Part shown: piece by piece, positions 47,751 to 56,982 of the stretch | Layout: each line of letters starts with the position of its first letter | How positions within the stretch are numbered: position 1 is the stretch's first letter | DNA from: Vicinamibacterales bacterium | Lineage (GTDB): Bacteria; Acidobacteriota; Vicinamibacteria; Vicinamibacterales; CAVVIG01 | Assembly: GCA_035510155.1 (NCBI GenBank) | Contig: DATKHR010000088.1 | Location: 7,846-71,845, forward strand | Length of the DNA: 64,000 nucleotides | Reading direction: 5' to 3' | Translations under genes and position numbers: made by a program | Notes under the pieces: model-generated | Told to the model about the DNA's origin: nothing | Seen by the model: only the letters and a program-made list of their open reading frames with translations | The model's database searches: none

Positions 47751-49043
47751 GTGAATCGAGTCACGAGGCACGAGCCCAGGGCAACGGCGCTCGACGAGCA
47801 TCTGTTCCGGCGCGAGGCCGGGCGTATGGTCGCCATCCTTGCGCGTATTTTCGGCATCCACAACCTGGCACTCGCAGAGGACGTCGTCCAGGACGCCTTC
47901 TGCCGAGCGCTTGAGGTATGGAAGCTGCGGGGCGTGCCGGACAACCCCTCCGCGTGGTTGATGGCGACGGCGAAGAACCGCGCGCTCGACGTGCTGCGCC
48001 GCGAGCGCACGGCGCGGACCTTCGCCCCCGAGCTCGGACGAATGCTCGAGAGCGAGTCGACCATGATTCCCGCTGTCGAGGAGTTGTGGGGAGCCAACGT
48101 GATCAAGGACGACCAGCTTCGCATGATGTTTTCCTGCTGCCACCCGCGGCTGTCAGAGGACGCGCAGGTGGGGTTGATGCTCAACATCATGTGCGGGTTC
48201 AGCATCGACGAGATCGCGAGCGCGTTTCTCAGCTCGCGCGCAGCCATAGAGAAGCGCATCTCGCGGGCGAAAAAGGTGCTCGCCGGTTCCAAGACGCTCT
48301 TCGAGATTGCCGGCGCCCGTGACTTTTCGACGCGCCTGACAGCTGTTCACCGCGCGCTCTATCTGCTCTTCAACGAGGGCTATCACAGCGCGTCCGCCGA
48401 GTCGGCGATCCGCGAGGAGCTCTGCCGGGAAGCCATGCGTCTCACGGCCTTGCTTCACGATCACGCGCTCGCCTCGACGCCCACGACCTACGCGCTGTCG
48501 GCGCTCCTGTGTCTCCATGCGGCGCGCCTGCCGGCCCGCACCGACGGATCGGGCAACTTGAGCTCGCTGTTCAACCAGGATCGATCGCTTTGGGATCGAG
48601 ACCTCGTGGCCGACGGGCTGCGGTTCCTCGACCTTTCCGCCGCGGGGTCGGAGCTGTCGGAGTATCACGTCGAAGCAGCCATCGCCTCGATGCACGCGTG
48701 CGCGCCGCGCGCGGAAGACACGGACTGGGCCGCCATCGTCGCGCTGTACGACAGGCTCATGACGATTCGGCCTTCTCCGGTCGTCGCGCTCAATCGCGCG
48801 ATCGCTGTTGGACAACAGCAGGGTCCGGAGCGAGGGCTGGAAGAGATCCGCGCCATTGCCGGCCAGAGCCGACTGGTCGCTTATCCGTTCTACGCGGCGG
48901 CGCTCGCCGAGTTCGAGCTCCGCTCCGGACGACCGGAGATCGCACGCACGCACTTCCGAACGGCCCTCGCGCTCGCGCGCAACGATATGGAACGGCGATT
49001 TCTCGAGCAGCGCGCAAAGGCGTGCGAAAACCCTCTCATATGA
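47751..49043 (+). CDS. ECF-type RNA polymerase sigma factor with long C-terminal (TPR-like/DUF6596-type) extension
   Basis: A GTG start at 47751 gives about 430 aa. Region 2: DVVQDAFCRALEVWKLRGVPDNPSAWLMATAKNRALDVLRRE. Region 4: LMLNIMCGFSIDEIASAFLSSRAAIEKRISRAKK. The upstream part of the 516-aa ORF looks non-coding. Confidence 0.8.
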   Translation: MNRVTRHEPRATALDEHLFRREAGRMVAILARIFGIHNLALAEDVVQDAFCRALEVWKLRGVPDNPSAWLMATAKNRALDVLRRERTARTFAPELGRMLESESTMIPAVEELWGANVIKDDQLRMMFSCCHPRLSEDAQVGLMLNIMCGFSIDEIASAFLSSRAAIEKRISRAKKVLAGSKTLFEIAGARDFSTRLTAVHRALYLLFNEGYHSASAESAIREELCREAMRLTALLHDHALASTPTTYALSALLCLHAARLPARTDGSGNLSSLFNQDRSLWDRDLVADGLRFLDLSAAGSELSEYHVEAAIASMHACAPRAEDTDWAAIVALYDRLMTIRPSPVVALNRAIAVGQQQGPERGLEEIRAIAGQSRLVAYPFYAAALAEFELRSGRPEIARTHFRTALALARNDMERRFLEQRAKACENPLI

Positions 49044-49500
49044 GCAGCTTCGGATGGCATCGAATCCGCTCCGCCGTCGAAGTCGTCAGGCGCGAGAACT
49101 GCGGGTGCCGCTGATTGATGAGAACGTTTCGCTCGAGACCTGGGGCTGCCAGCGACGGCACAAGCATTATCAGCGATCGACCTTCGTCGTACCACCGATC
49201 GCCGAACTGCCGGCTCGCGGTTTTCTCGTCCGCATCCCACCCGGGGAGGTCCTCCGCTTTGAGCTCCTCAACACTGGTCTCTGCCGGGACACCGATCCGA
49301 ATGTAAGCGACCGTTCGAGGCAGCTTGATGCTGTTGAGCTGTCCGGCTTTCTCAAGAAGCGCCGTCGCGTAGTGTTCAGCCGCGTAGATGACGTATCTCC
49401 CCTTGCTGTTCCATCGCGCGTTCTCTGCCGCCGCCGCACCGGCGCCATCGAGAAGTGGATGCGCAGGCGAGCCTATTCGATACGCCTCCATGTTGCTCAA
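49036..49500 (-). CDS. RES-domain toxin (NAD+-targeting RES family)
   Basis: 154-aa ORF (TTG 49500 or ATG 49491) with RES hallmarks (NARWNSKGRYVIYAAEHYATALLE ... LIMLVPSLAAP). It overlaps the antitoxin stop by 4 nt. Confidence 0.8.
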   Translation of the reverse strand: MSNMEAYRIGSPAHPLLDGAGAAAAENARWNSKGRYVIYAAEHYATALLEKAGQLNSIKLPRTVAYIRIGVPAETSVEELKAEDLPGWDADEKTASRQFGDRWYDEGRSLIMLVPSLAAPGLERNVLINQRHPQFSRLTTSTAERIRCHPKLLI

Positions 49501-49928
49501 GCCGGAAGACCGTGCTCGACATCGCGAAGCAGGTTCTCTACTCGCCGCGCCCCGATCTCGGTGCGCGCCACGCTCAACGGCGTTTCGTCGTCAAGGAGCG
49601 GGTGCCGCCGGTTGAGAAACGCCCGCGTCTGATATTCGTCCCTCCAAATGGCCTCAGCTAGGGCAACGACTCGCGCAAGGCGTTCAGTCCGTTCGCTCTC
49701 CTGAGCCGACAGCCTGGACCGCCGCTTGAACGTCGCAGGAGGCACGACGCTGTAGACGAACGCGCTCACTGAAGCGCCCGGTTCAACGACGCGTTTTGCA
49801 ACGAGCTGGAGCGATCGTTTCGGAAGCCCCGCCCGGACAACGTCATCGAGGTCGACCCACGTTCGAACGCGCCTGCGCAGGATAGCCGGCCCACCCAACA
49901 TCTGTGCGACCCGTTCAACGACTTCCAC
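49497..49928 (-). CDS. Xre/MbcA/ParS-type antitoxin (DUF2384 C-terminal toxin-binding domain)
   Basis: 143-aa ORF with C-terminus AIWRDEYQTRAFLNRRHPLLDDETPLSVARTEIGARRVENLLRDVEHG. It lies directly upstream of the RES gene. Confidence 0.8.
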   Translation of the reverse strand: MEVVERVAQMLGGPAILRRRVRTWVDLDDVVRAGLPKRSLQLVAKRVVEPGASVSAFVYSVVPPATFKRRSRLSAQESERTERLARVVALAEAIWRDEYQTRAFLNRRHPLLDDETPLSVARTEIGARRVENLLRDVEHGLPA

Positions 49929-50168
49929 CTTGTGCTCTCCTTGCTGATCATGCCCGCGAGCCCCGACGTCACCCGGTCATGGTCTCAAATGGGCCCTACT
50001 ATTCAACCATATGATACCACTCTTCACGCCGTGTCCAATGCGTCATGGCGGCGACCGCGTCGAGTCTCGACTCGACCCAGCCGGCTCTCCTCGATTCATC
50101 AGCATGGCGCAGTCAGCCTGCCGGGCGCATTTGACATTCAAACGGAACATCCGCCACACTTTATTCGT

Positions 50169-50534
50169 ATGCCTAATGGAGAACAGCACCGACCAGGCGA
50201 GCGCCGGAAGGCCGACGTGCTGCAGGGGACGCTGGATCTGATGGTCCTCCAGACACTGGCGACTCTGGGCCCCCTGCACGGCTACGCGATCGCAGCCCGG
50301 TTGGAGCAAGTCTCCGGCGGATCACTGCAACTCAACATGGGCACGCTGTATCCGGGGCTGATGCGCCTCGAGCAGCGCGGGTTCGTCCGCGGCGCCTGGG
50401 GCGTGACCGACAACAACCGCAAGGCACGGTTCTACGCCGTCACCGCCGCCGGACGCCGCCAGCTCGCCAGTGAGCGGGCCGAATGGACCCGCATGGCGGC
50501 CATCATGGACACGCTGTTGCACGGCGAAGGCTGA
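50169..50534 (+). CDS. PadR family transcriptional regulator
   Basis: Start at MPNGEQ (ATG 50169). Winged-helix core GTLDLMVLQTLATLGPLHGYAIAARLEQVSGGSLQLNMGTLYPGLMRLEQRGFV...RKARFYAVTAAGRRQL. Confidence 0.85.
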   Translation: MPNGEQHRPGERRKADVLQGTLDLMVLQTLATLGPLHGYAIAARLEQVSGGSLQLNMGTLYPGLMRLEQRGFVRGAWGVTDNNRKARFYAVTAAGRRQLASERAEWTRMAAIMDTLLHGEG

Positions 50535-50540
50535 CGAGCC

Positions 50541-53237
50541 ATGACTGCCATGCCCACCCTGCGCGAGTGGACCGCGCGATTGTGGGGCACGCTGTGCCGG
50601 CGTCGCGCCGATGCAGACCTCGAGGCGGAGCTGCGTTCGCATCTGGAGCTGGCTGACGGCGACGCCGGTCACGCGGCAAGCGCGTATGCCGGGGGCGCAC
50701 TCACGAAGACTCGGTTGAATCAACAACGCGGCGTCGCGCAAGCCATGGAGACGCTGCGCGATCAGCGCGGGCTCCCCTGGATCGACGACTTCATCCGCGA
50801 TGTTCGTCACGCCTTACGCCTGCTTCGTCGGAACCCGGTGTTCGCGGGTGTCGCCGTCGTGTCGCTCGCGCTCGGGATCGGCGTAAACAGCGCCATCTTC
50901 GCCCTTGCGGACGCCCTCATCCTCCGCCCGCTTCCCGTCCCCAATCCGGGCGCCCTCGTGACCGTCAACGAGAATGGCCCCGGAGACGGGCTCGCCGGTG
51001 GGAGCATGTCGTATCCGAACTACGCCGATGTGAGAAAGAGCGCCCGATCCTTCGATGGTCTGGTTGCTGCCAGGGGCGCGCTGGTCGCGTTCAGCCGATC
51101 GCGGGACGAGAGCCCTGAAATGCGCCGGGGCATGTGGGTCAGCGACAACTTCTTCGAGGCGCTTGGCGTTCGACCGTCGGTCGGGCGGAGCTTTTCGCCG
51201 GATGAAGCGCGCGTGCCGGGCCGCGACGCTGTAGTCGTGTTGAGCGATGACTTTTGGAGGGCCAGGTTCGGAGCCGACCCATCCGTGGTGAACCGCGTCG
51301 TGTTGATGAACGGCATCGATTTCCACGTCATCGGAATCACGCCGGCCGGCTTCACCACCGATCCGGTGTTCCGGCCGGCGTTCTATGTCCCGGCGGTCAT
51401 GGCCACGCGGCTCGATCAATCGACCGGGAACGTTCTGGAAAAGCGCGACGCTCGCGTCTTCGAGGTCAAAGGCCGCTTGAGATCCGGCGTCTCGCGGCGA
51501 ACCGCGCAGGCCGAGCTGACGACGCTCTGGACCGGGCTGATCCGGCAGTTTCCGGAAGCCAACGCCCACCGGACCCTCGCAGTTCGGACCGAGCTGGAGA
51601 GCCGCATTCGAGAGGATCCCTGGGACGCGGTCTTGCTGGCGCTGCTGTTCGCGCTCGTGGCGCTGGTGCTCATCATCGCGTGCGCGAACGTCGCCAACCT
51701 CATGCTGGGAAGGGCGCGCACTCGCTCACGGGAAATGGCCGTTCGCCTCGCGCTCGGCGTGAGCCGGGCCCGGCTCACTCGGCAACTGTTGACAGAGAGC
51801 CTCGTGCTGTCGTTCCTGGGCTGCGGGTTTGGGCTCGTGTTCGCGTACGGTGGTATCCACTTCCTGCGGACGCTTCCAACGGCCGATCAAATCGCCATTG
51901 TTCCCGAGCTCGATGAGCGCGTGCTGATATTCAGCCTGCTTGTCGCGATCGCGAGCGCGGCGCTGTTCGGCCTCGCGCCGGCCCGTCTGAGCCTCCAATC
52001 CGACCTCGTCCCGGCGCTCAAGACTTCGGAGTTGGGCGAGCCCACCCGTCTTCGCACAACGGGACGTAATGTCCTGGTGATCGCGCAGGTCGCGATGTCA
52101 ATGGTGCTCCTTCTCGCGACCGGCATGCTCCTTGATGGTTTTCGACAAGCCCTGGCGCTCGACCCGGGCTTTCGGACGGACCATCTCCTGATGCTGTCGC
52201 TCGACCCGTCGCTCGTTGGATATTCACCTCAAGAGACGCAAACGTTCTATCGCGATCTCGTCGATCGCGCCCGCGCCCTTCCCAACGTTCGATCAGCGAC
52301 GCTTACGAGCGAGGTGCCGCTCCAACCCGGCCAACAACACATCGAGGCGGTCTCGCCCGAAGGCTACCGGTTCCCGCCTGGGCAAGCAAGCCTCTCGACC
52401 GTGGCCGCCACTGTCGACGAACAGTTCTTCGACACGATGCAGATCAGGATGCGTCGGGGGAGGCCGTTCACCACTGCCGACAGCCGCCTCACGCGCGGCG
52501 TCGCCATCGTCAACGACGAGTTTGCCACCAGGTACTGGCCGAATCAGGATCCGATCGGCAAGCGGATAACACTCCCGGACCGCCAGAGCGCGTGGCTCGA
52601 AATCGTCGGCGTCACGCGGACCACCAAATACACGTGGATCGGAGAAGCGCCGACGCCCTTTCTGTATCTTCCGTTCGCGCAACAGCCGCGAACGCGAATG
52701 TCGCTGCTCGTTGAATCGGCGGCCGGAGACGCCGCGGAGCTCGCGACGCCATTGCGTAACGTGGTCCGCTCCCTCGACGTCAACCAGCCGATGGCGAACC
52801 TGCAGACCTTTGCGCACCTGTACCGTGAACGAGCGATCACGCTGCCGTCGATCATCGTTCAAACCGTCAGCGCAATCGGTCTGCTCGGACTGATCCTCTC
52901 GCTCGTTGGCCTGTACGGCCTCGTCGCCTATACGGTGGCTCGCCGCACGCGTGAGATTGGCATCAGGATGGCGATTGGCGCTTCCGGATCCGATGTGCGG
53001 TCGATGGTCTTACGCCAGGGCCTCATCCTCGCCTTGACGGGCGTCACGATCGGTGGTGTGGCGAGCGTCGCGGTGGCACGCGTGCTTTCTGCACTCCTGG
53101 CCGGCGTCGGGACGCCGACGCCCGCGATCTACCTCATCGTGCCAGTCGCGTTGATCGCCCTGGCGGCGACGACGAGCTATGTGCCGGCACGGCGCGCCTC
53201 ACAGGTGGATCCACTGGTCGCCCTTCGAGACGAGTGA
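50541..53237 (+). CDS. Duplicated MacB/FtsX-type ABC permease (ADOP family)
   Basis: 898-aa ORF with two MacB_PCD/FtsX modules. Each ends in an FtsX helix bundle (RTREIGIRMAIGASGSDV in the second). It follows PadR by 6 nt. Confidence 0.85.
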   Translation: MTAMPTLREWTARLWGTLCRRRADADLEAELRSHLELADGDAGHAASAYAGGALTKTRLNQQRGVAQAMETLRDQRGLPWIDDFIRDVRHALRLLRRNPVFAGVAVVSLALGIGVNSAIFALADALILRPLPVPNPGALVTVNENGPGDGLAGGSMSYPNYADVRKSARSFDGLVAARGALVAFSRSRDESPEMRRGMWVSDNFFEALGVRPSVGRSFSPDEARVPGRDAVVVLSDDFWRARFGADPSVVNRVVLMNGIDFHVIGITPAGFTTDPVFRPAFYVPAVMATRLDQSTGNVLEKRDARVFEVKGRLRSGVSRRTAQAELTTLWTGLIRQFPEANAHRTLAVRTELESRIREDPWDAVLLALLFALVALVLIIACANVANLMLGRARTRSREMAVRLALGVSRARLTRQLLTESLVLSFLGCGFGLVFAYGGIHFLRTLPTADQIAIVPELDERVLIFSLLVAIASAALFGLAPARLSLQSDLVPALKTSELGEPTRLRTTGRNVLVIAQVAMSMVLLLATGMLLDGFRQALALDPGFRTDHLLMLSLDPSLVGYSPQETQTFYRDLVDRARALPNVRSATLTSEVPLQPGQQHIEAVSPEGYRFPPGQASLSTVAATVDEQFFDTMQIRMRRGRPFTTADSRLTRGVAIVNDEFATRYWPNQDPIGKRITLPDRQSAWLEIVGVTRTTKYTWIGEAPTPFLYLPFAQQPRTRMSLLVESAAGDAAELATPLRNVVRSLDVNQPMANLQTFAHLYRERAITLPSIIVQTVSAIGLLGLILSLVGLYGLVAYTVARRTREIGIRMAIGASGSDVRSMVLRQGLILALTGVTIGGVASVAVARVLSALLAGVGTPTPAIYLIVPVALIALAATTSYVPARRASQVDPLVALRDE

Positions 53238-53258
53238 TAGCGCCGGCTCTGACAGGGC

Positions 53259-55709
53259 CTACTCTGCCCGGAGCGCTTCTACCGGATCAACCGAAGTCGC
53301 CCGCAGAGCAGGCACGTAGCTGGCAAGCAACGCAGCTGCAGCAAGTCCCAGCGACACGGCCGCGTACGTGAACGGATCGAACGGTCTCACCTTGAACAGC
53401 AGCGACGAAAGCATCTGCATGAGCGCGACCGCAGCAACCAGACCCGACGCCACGCCGATGACAGCCAGACGCAGCGCGTGGCCCAGAAACATCCGCGTTA
53501 CTTCGGCATGCCGAGCTCCAAGCGCGATGCGGATGCCGATTTCGCGCGTGCGCCGCGAGACCGAATAAGAAATCACGCCGTAGACGCCCGCGACACCGAG
53601 CAGCAGCGCCATCGCGCCGGCAATCGCCAGCAGGACGAGCGCGAAGGACGTGCGCTCGAGCGATCGATCGTAGACCTCTTGCAGCGATCTCACGTTCGCG
53701 AGCGGCAGGTTCGGATTGATCGACCACACGGCCTGGCCAACTTCTGTGATGAAGCCGCTCGATCCGGTGCGGCTGCTCCGAATCAGGTACCCCACCGACG
53801 ACTGGACGAACGGCGTTTCATCGTTGAAGTTCGACATCATCACAGGCCAGAACACAATCGCCGGTGCCGGCTGATTGAGCCCATCGTCGTACTCGTCGCT
53901 GACGACGCCGACGATTTCGCGCCATGGCGCGCCGGGCCTCTCCTGTACGCGTTTGCCGAGGGCTGCCGCGGGTTCATGCCACAGCTCGCGGGCCAGGTTG
54001 TCGGAGATCATGGCCACGTTCCGCTTGTCGTAGACGTCCGTCCATGTGAAGTCACGGCCCGCGACGAGCGAATTGCCCGCGGTCTGAAGAACGCCGGGCG
54101 ACACAAACTTGAAATGACGCACTGGCGGTATCTGTGGCGGCGAAGAGATACGATCCTCGGTGAAAATCGGGTCCTGCCATCCACTTGTCAGCGGAATCGT
54201 GCTCGCGAAGCCGACAGACGTCACGCCGGGCAGCGCGGCGATCCTGTCCGCGATCGCCTGCTCCGTGCGGACGACCTGCACCGCGTCGCTCACGAGCGAC
54301 CGCGGAATGGAAATCCGCAGCGTTTGGAGCTCTGCGGGCCGTGTGAATCCGGGTTGGACCTGCTTCAACCTCTGAAACGTCCGGATCATCAGGCCCGAAC
54401 CAACGAGCAAGACGAGCGCCAGCGCCACCTGTACAACGACGAGCGTATTTCTGGCTCGATGCCGCTCCTTGCTGTCGCTCATGCTGCGGCCGCCCGACCG
54501 GAGCGAGCCCACGAGATGGGGCCCGACATACTTGATCACCGGAATGACGCCGAACAGCAGGCCGGCGGCAATCGAGATGCCGAGTGAGAACAAGAGCACC
54601 GAGCCATCGATCGAGATCTGGTCGACCCGCGGCAGATTGGCAGGCGCGACGGCCTTGAGGAACTTGACGGCCCCCGCAGCCATGGCCAACCCGACGATGC
54701 CGCCTACGAGCCCGAGCGTCACGCTCTCCGCGAACAGCTCGCGCGCGATCTGGTCCCAGGAGGCGCCGAGCGCAGCGCGAATCGCCAACTCCTGCTGACG
54801 GACCTCCGCTCGAACGAGCAGCAGGTTCGCAACGTTCGCGCACGCGATCAGGAGCACGATGCCGATCGTTCCCATGATCACCCAGAGGACGGTCGCGACA
54901 TCGCCGGTGACGGATTCCTTCAAAGTCCGGAAGCTCGGGGCCAGTCCCGCCTCTCTGAACGTCTGGGCCGTGAACCCTGGAAACGCCGGGAAACGATCGA
55001 GGGCGGTCGAAATCATTCGTGTGGCGTCGGCTTCCGCCAGCGCCATCGTCGCGCCCGGCTTCAGCCGGGCGATGCCCGCGTAGCTGAAGTTCCCGAGGAA
55101 AGTCTTGTCGCGATCGAGTTGCAGGGGCCTGACGAGCGCCGGCTTGCGATCGAGGAAGCGGAAATCGTCGCGGAGGACGCCAATAATTTCTCGCGCGCGG
55201 CCGTCGAGAAGCAGGCGCTGCCCGACCGCGGATGGGTCAGCGCCAAATCTCGATCGCCAGTAGCCGGACGTCAGAATGACCGTTTCGGGGCTCCCCGGAG
55301 AGTCATCCTGCTGTGTGAACCCACGACCGAGCGCCGGTTGGGCGCCGAGAAGCGGAAGCAGGCTCACGCTGACATCGAGGCTGTCCACCTGCTCGGGCTC
55401 GGCCCGACCAGTCACGCTGACGGTGTTGGTGCGCCAGATGCCGACATCTTGCAGGGTGCGGCTCTCTCCGCGATAGGTGAAGTAGAGGAACGGCGCGAAG
55501 CCCGCTCTTTTGATGTTTACGCCGGGCGCCGTGTGATCGACGCTGACGAGCTCGTCGGGCCGCGGATAAACCAGCGGTTTCAGCAACACGCCTTCGATCA
55601 CGCTGAAAACGGCGGCGTTCGCTCCAATGCCCACGGCCAAGGTCATGACCGCGACGGTCGTGAACATCGGCACGTGCATGAGGCGCCGCAGGATGTGTTT
55701 GAATCGCAT
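53259..55709 (-). CDS. Duplicated MacB/FtsX-type ABC permease (ADOP family), second paralogue
   Basis: Start at MRFKHILRRLMHVPMFT. The architecture is the same as the previous gene (RQQELAIRAALGASWDQI and RTREIGIRIALGARHAEV). It is convergent with 50541-53237. Confidence 0.85.
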   Translation of the reverse strand: MRFKHILRRLMHVPMFTTVAVMTLAVGIGANAAVFSVIEGVLLKPLVYPRPDELVSVDHTAPGVNIKRAGFAPFLYFTYRGESRTLQDVGIWRTNTVSVTGRAEPEQVDSLDVSVSLLPLLGAQPALGRGFTQQDDSPGSPETVILTSGYWRSRFGADPSAVGQRLLLDGRAREIIGVLRDDFRFLDRKPALVRPLQLDRDKTFLGNFSYAGIARLKPGATMALAEADATRMISTALDRFPAFPGFTAQTFREAGLAPSFRTLKESVTGDVATVLWVIMGTIGIVLLIACANVANLLLVRAEVRQQELAIRAALGASWDQIARELFAESVTLGLVGGIVGLAMAAGAVKFLKAVAPANLPRVDQISIDGSVLLFSLGISIAAGLLFGVIPVIKYVGPHLVGSLRSGGRSMSDSKERHRARNTLVVVQVALALVLLVGSGLMIRTFQRLKQVQPGFTRPAELQTLRISIPRSLVSDAVQVVRTEQAIADRIAALPGVTSVGFASTIPLTSGWQDPIFTEDRISSPPQIPPVRHFKFVSPGVLQTAGNSLVAGRDFTWTDVYDKRNVAMISDNLARELWHEPAAALGKRVQERPGAPWREIVGVVSDEYDDGLNQPAPAIVFWPVMMSNFNDETPFVQSSVGYLIRSSRTGSSGFITEVGQAVWSINPNLPLANVRSLQEVYDRSLERTSFALVLLAIAGAMALLLGVAGVYGVISYSVSRRTREIGIRIALGARHAEVTRMFLGHALRLAVIGVASGLVAAVALMQMLSSLLFKVRPFDPFTYAAVSLGLAAAALLASYVPALRATSVDPVEALRAE

Positions 55710-55755
55710 CGATCCGGTCCGGGAGCGGCTCCCGAATGATCTTGTAGACGATTTT

Positions 55756-55778
55756 GGCGGGCCCAAGGTTTGCCCGCC
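55756..55778 (-). terminator. GC-rich hairpin downstream of the VOC gene (no U-tract)
   Basis: ggcgggc-ccaaggttt-gcccgcc forms a 7-bp perfect stem 18 nt after the stop at 55796. It lacks a canonical T-run, so confidence is low. Confidence 0.25.
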
Positions 55779-55795
55779 GGCGGACTTTGCCCGCG

Positions 55796-56899
55796 CTAGA
55801 GGTCACCGGGAGGCTTCGGTCTCACCGCATTCGGCAACGCCAACCGGTTGTCCTTCGTGACGTAGCTGATCTGGAGGTTGTACCCGTTTGGTGTGGTCGT
55901 GTGATAGCTCTTGAACGCCGCCACGTGAATCTCGTCGCCGGTGGATGTATCCACCCGAGCTCGAAGCCCCCGCTTCTCGAGCGCCTCCTTCACCGCGTCC
56001 GTGTCCCAGGGCTCGATCCCGAACGAAATGTGATCGATTCCGAGACGCCGCTCACTGCTTCCGCCGCCGCGTCCGCTTCTCAACGATCCGAAGGTGGGAT
56101 CGAGCGGGTTCCCGCCGCGAATAATGATGTCCCCGATCTCACCAATGAGGCACTCGTTCTGACTCCCTTCGTCGTAGGTTTCCTTCCATCCCAATAGATT
56201 GGTGTAAAAGGACGCGCTCCTCTTGTAATCCGTCGCGCCGAACGAGAGGTGGTCCAACCATACGGTCTTCCATCCGGTCGGCTCGAACGGCATCGGCGCC
56301 GACAGCTTGCCCGACACGGGCCTCGGGGAAGACATCCGTCGGCTTCTCGCCAGGCCGTTGCCGTTGCTGATCTGTAGATCGAATCCATCAGGATCCTTCA
56401 CGTGGAAGCTCTCGAACCCCTGGCCGTCGTTGTCCGCCACCGGCGTGAGGCCGCGCTTCCGCAGCTCGGCCTCGACCGTCTTCGCGCTCCATGGCGCGAT
56501 GCCGAAACAGAACGACTCCACCACCGCGCGCACTGGACCGCCACGACCCTCAGAAGTGGTGGCATCAAACGCCTGAGCAGGAGTCTGCTTGAAGATGACA
56601 GAGCCCCAGTCCCCGATATCCAGCACCGCCTGTGCTCCGTCATCGCTCCGAAGCTTCCACCCCATGAGGGCGATGTAGAACGCCGCTTCCTTCTGGTAGT
56701 CCGCGACGCGGAAGATCAGGCGCTCGAGCGCCACGGTCTTCCATCCCGTGGGCTCGAACACGGGCGCAACCGGTGTCGTGTTGCATGCCGGCGTCCCGAA
56801 CGAACGCATGCAGCGACCCTGCCCGAGGACCGACAACGGGGTCCCGACCGCAGCGCCTGCCAGGACTTGTACGGCTCTACGACGCGAGATTCTCACCAT
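55796..56899 (-). CDS. Tat-exported multi-domain VOC (glyoxalase/bleomycin resistance/dioxygenase) family protein
   Basis: 367-aa ORF with twin-arginine leader MVRISRRRAVQVLAGAAVG. Repeated VOC modules are present (LDHLSFGATDYKRSASFY, IDHISFGIEPWD, FHVKDPDGFDLQI). Confidence 0.75.
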   Translation of the reverse strand: MVRISRRRAVQVLAGAAVGTPLSVLGQGRCMRSFGTPACNTTPVAPVFEPTGWKTVALERLIFRVADYQKEAAFYIALMGWKLRSDDGAQAVLDIGDWGSVIFKQTPAQAFDATTSEGRGGPVRAVVESFCFGIAPWSAKTVEAELRKRGLTPVADNDGQGFESFHVKDPDGFDLQISNGNGLARSRRMSSPRPVSGKLSAPMPFEPTGWKTVWLDHLSFGATDYKRSASFYTNLLGWKETYDEGSQNECLIGEIGDIIIRGGNPLDPTFGSLRSGRGGGSSERRLGIDHISFGIEPWDTDAVKEALEKRGLRARVDTSTGDEIHVAAFKSYHTTTPNGYNLQISYVTKDNRLALPNAVRPKPPGDL

Positions 56900-56982
56900 G
56901 GGAATTCTTTTCGCGGGCCCTCATTTGCGTTTTTCACGCGTGCGCCATAGTTTACCAATTGGCGGCGTGCTACGGTGGATCC

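Noticed and set aside
50061-50074. Palindrome cgagtc-tc-gactcg as a PadR operator upstream of padR.
   Set aside because: It is short (6-bp arms) and more than 90 nt from the start codon. It does not resemble the ATGT/ACAT-type PadR boxes I know. It could easily arise by chance.
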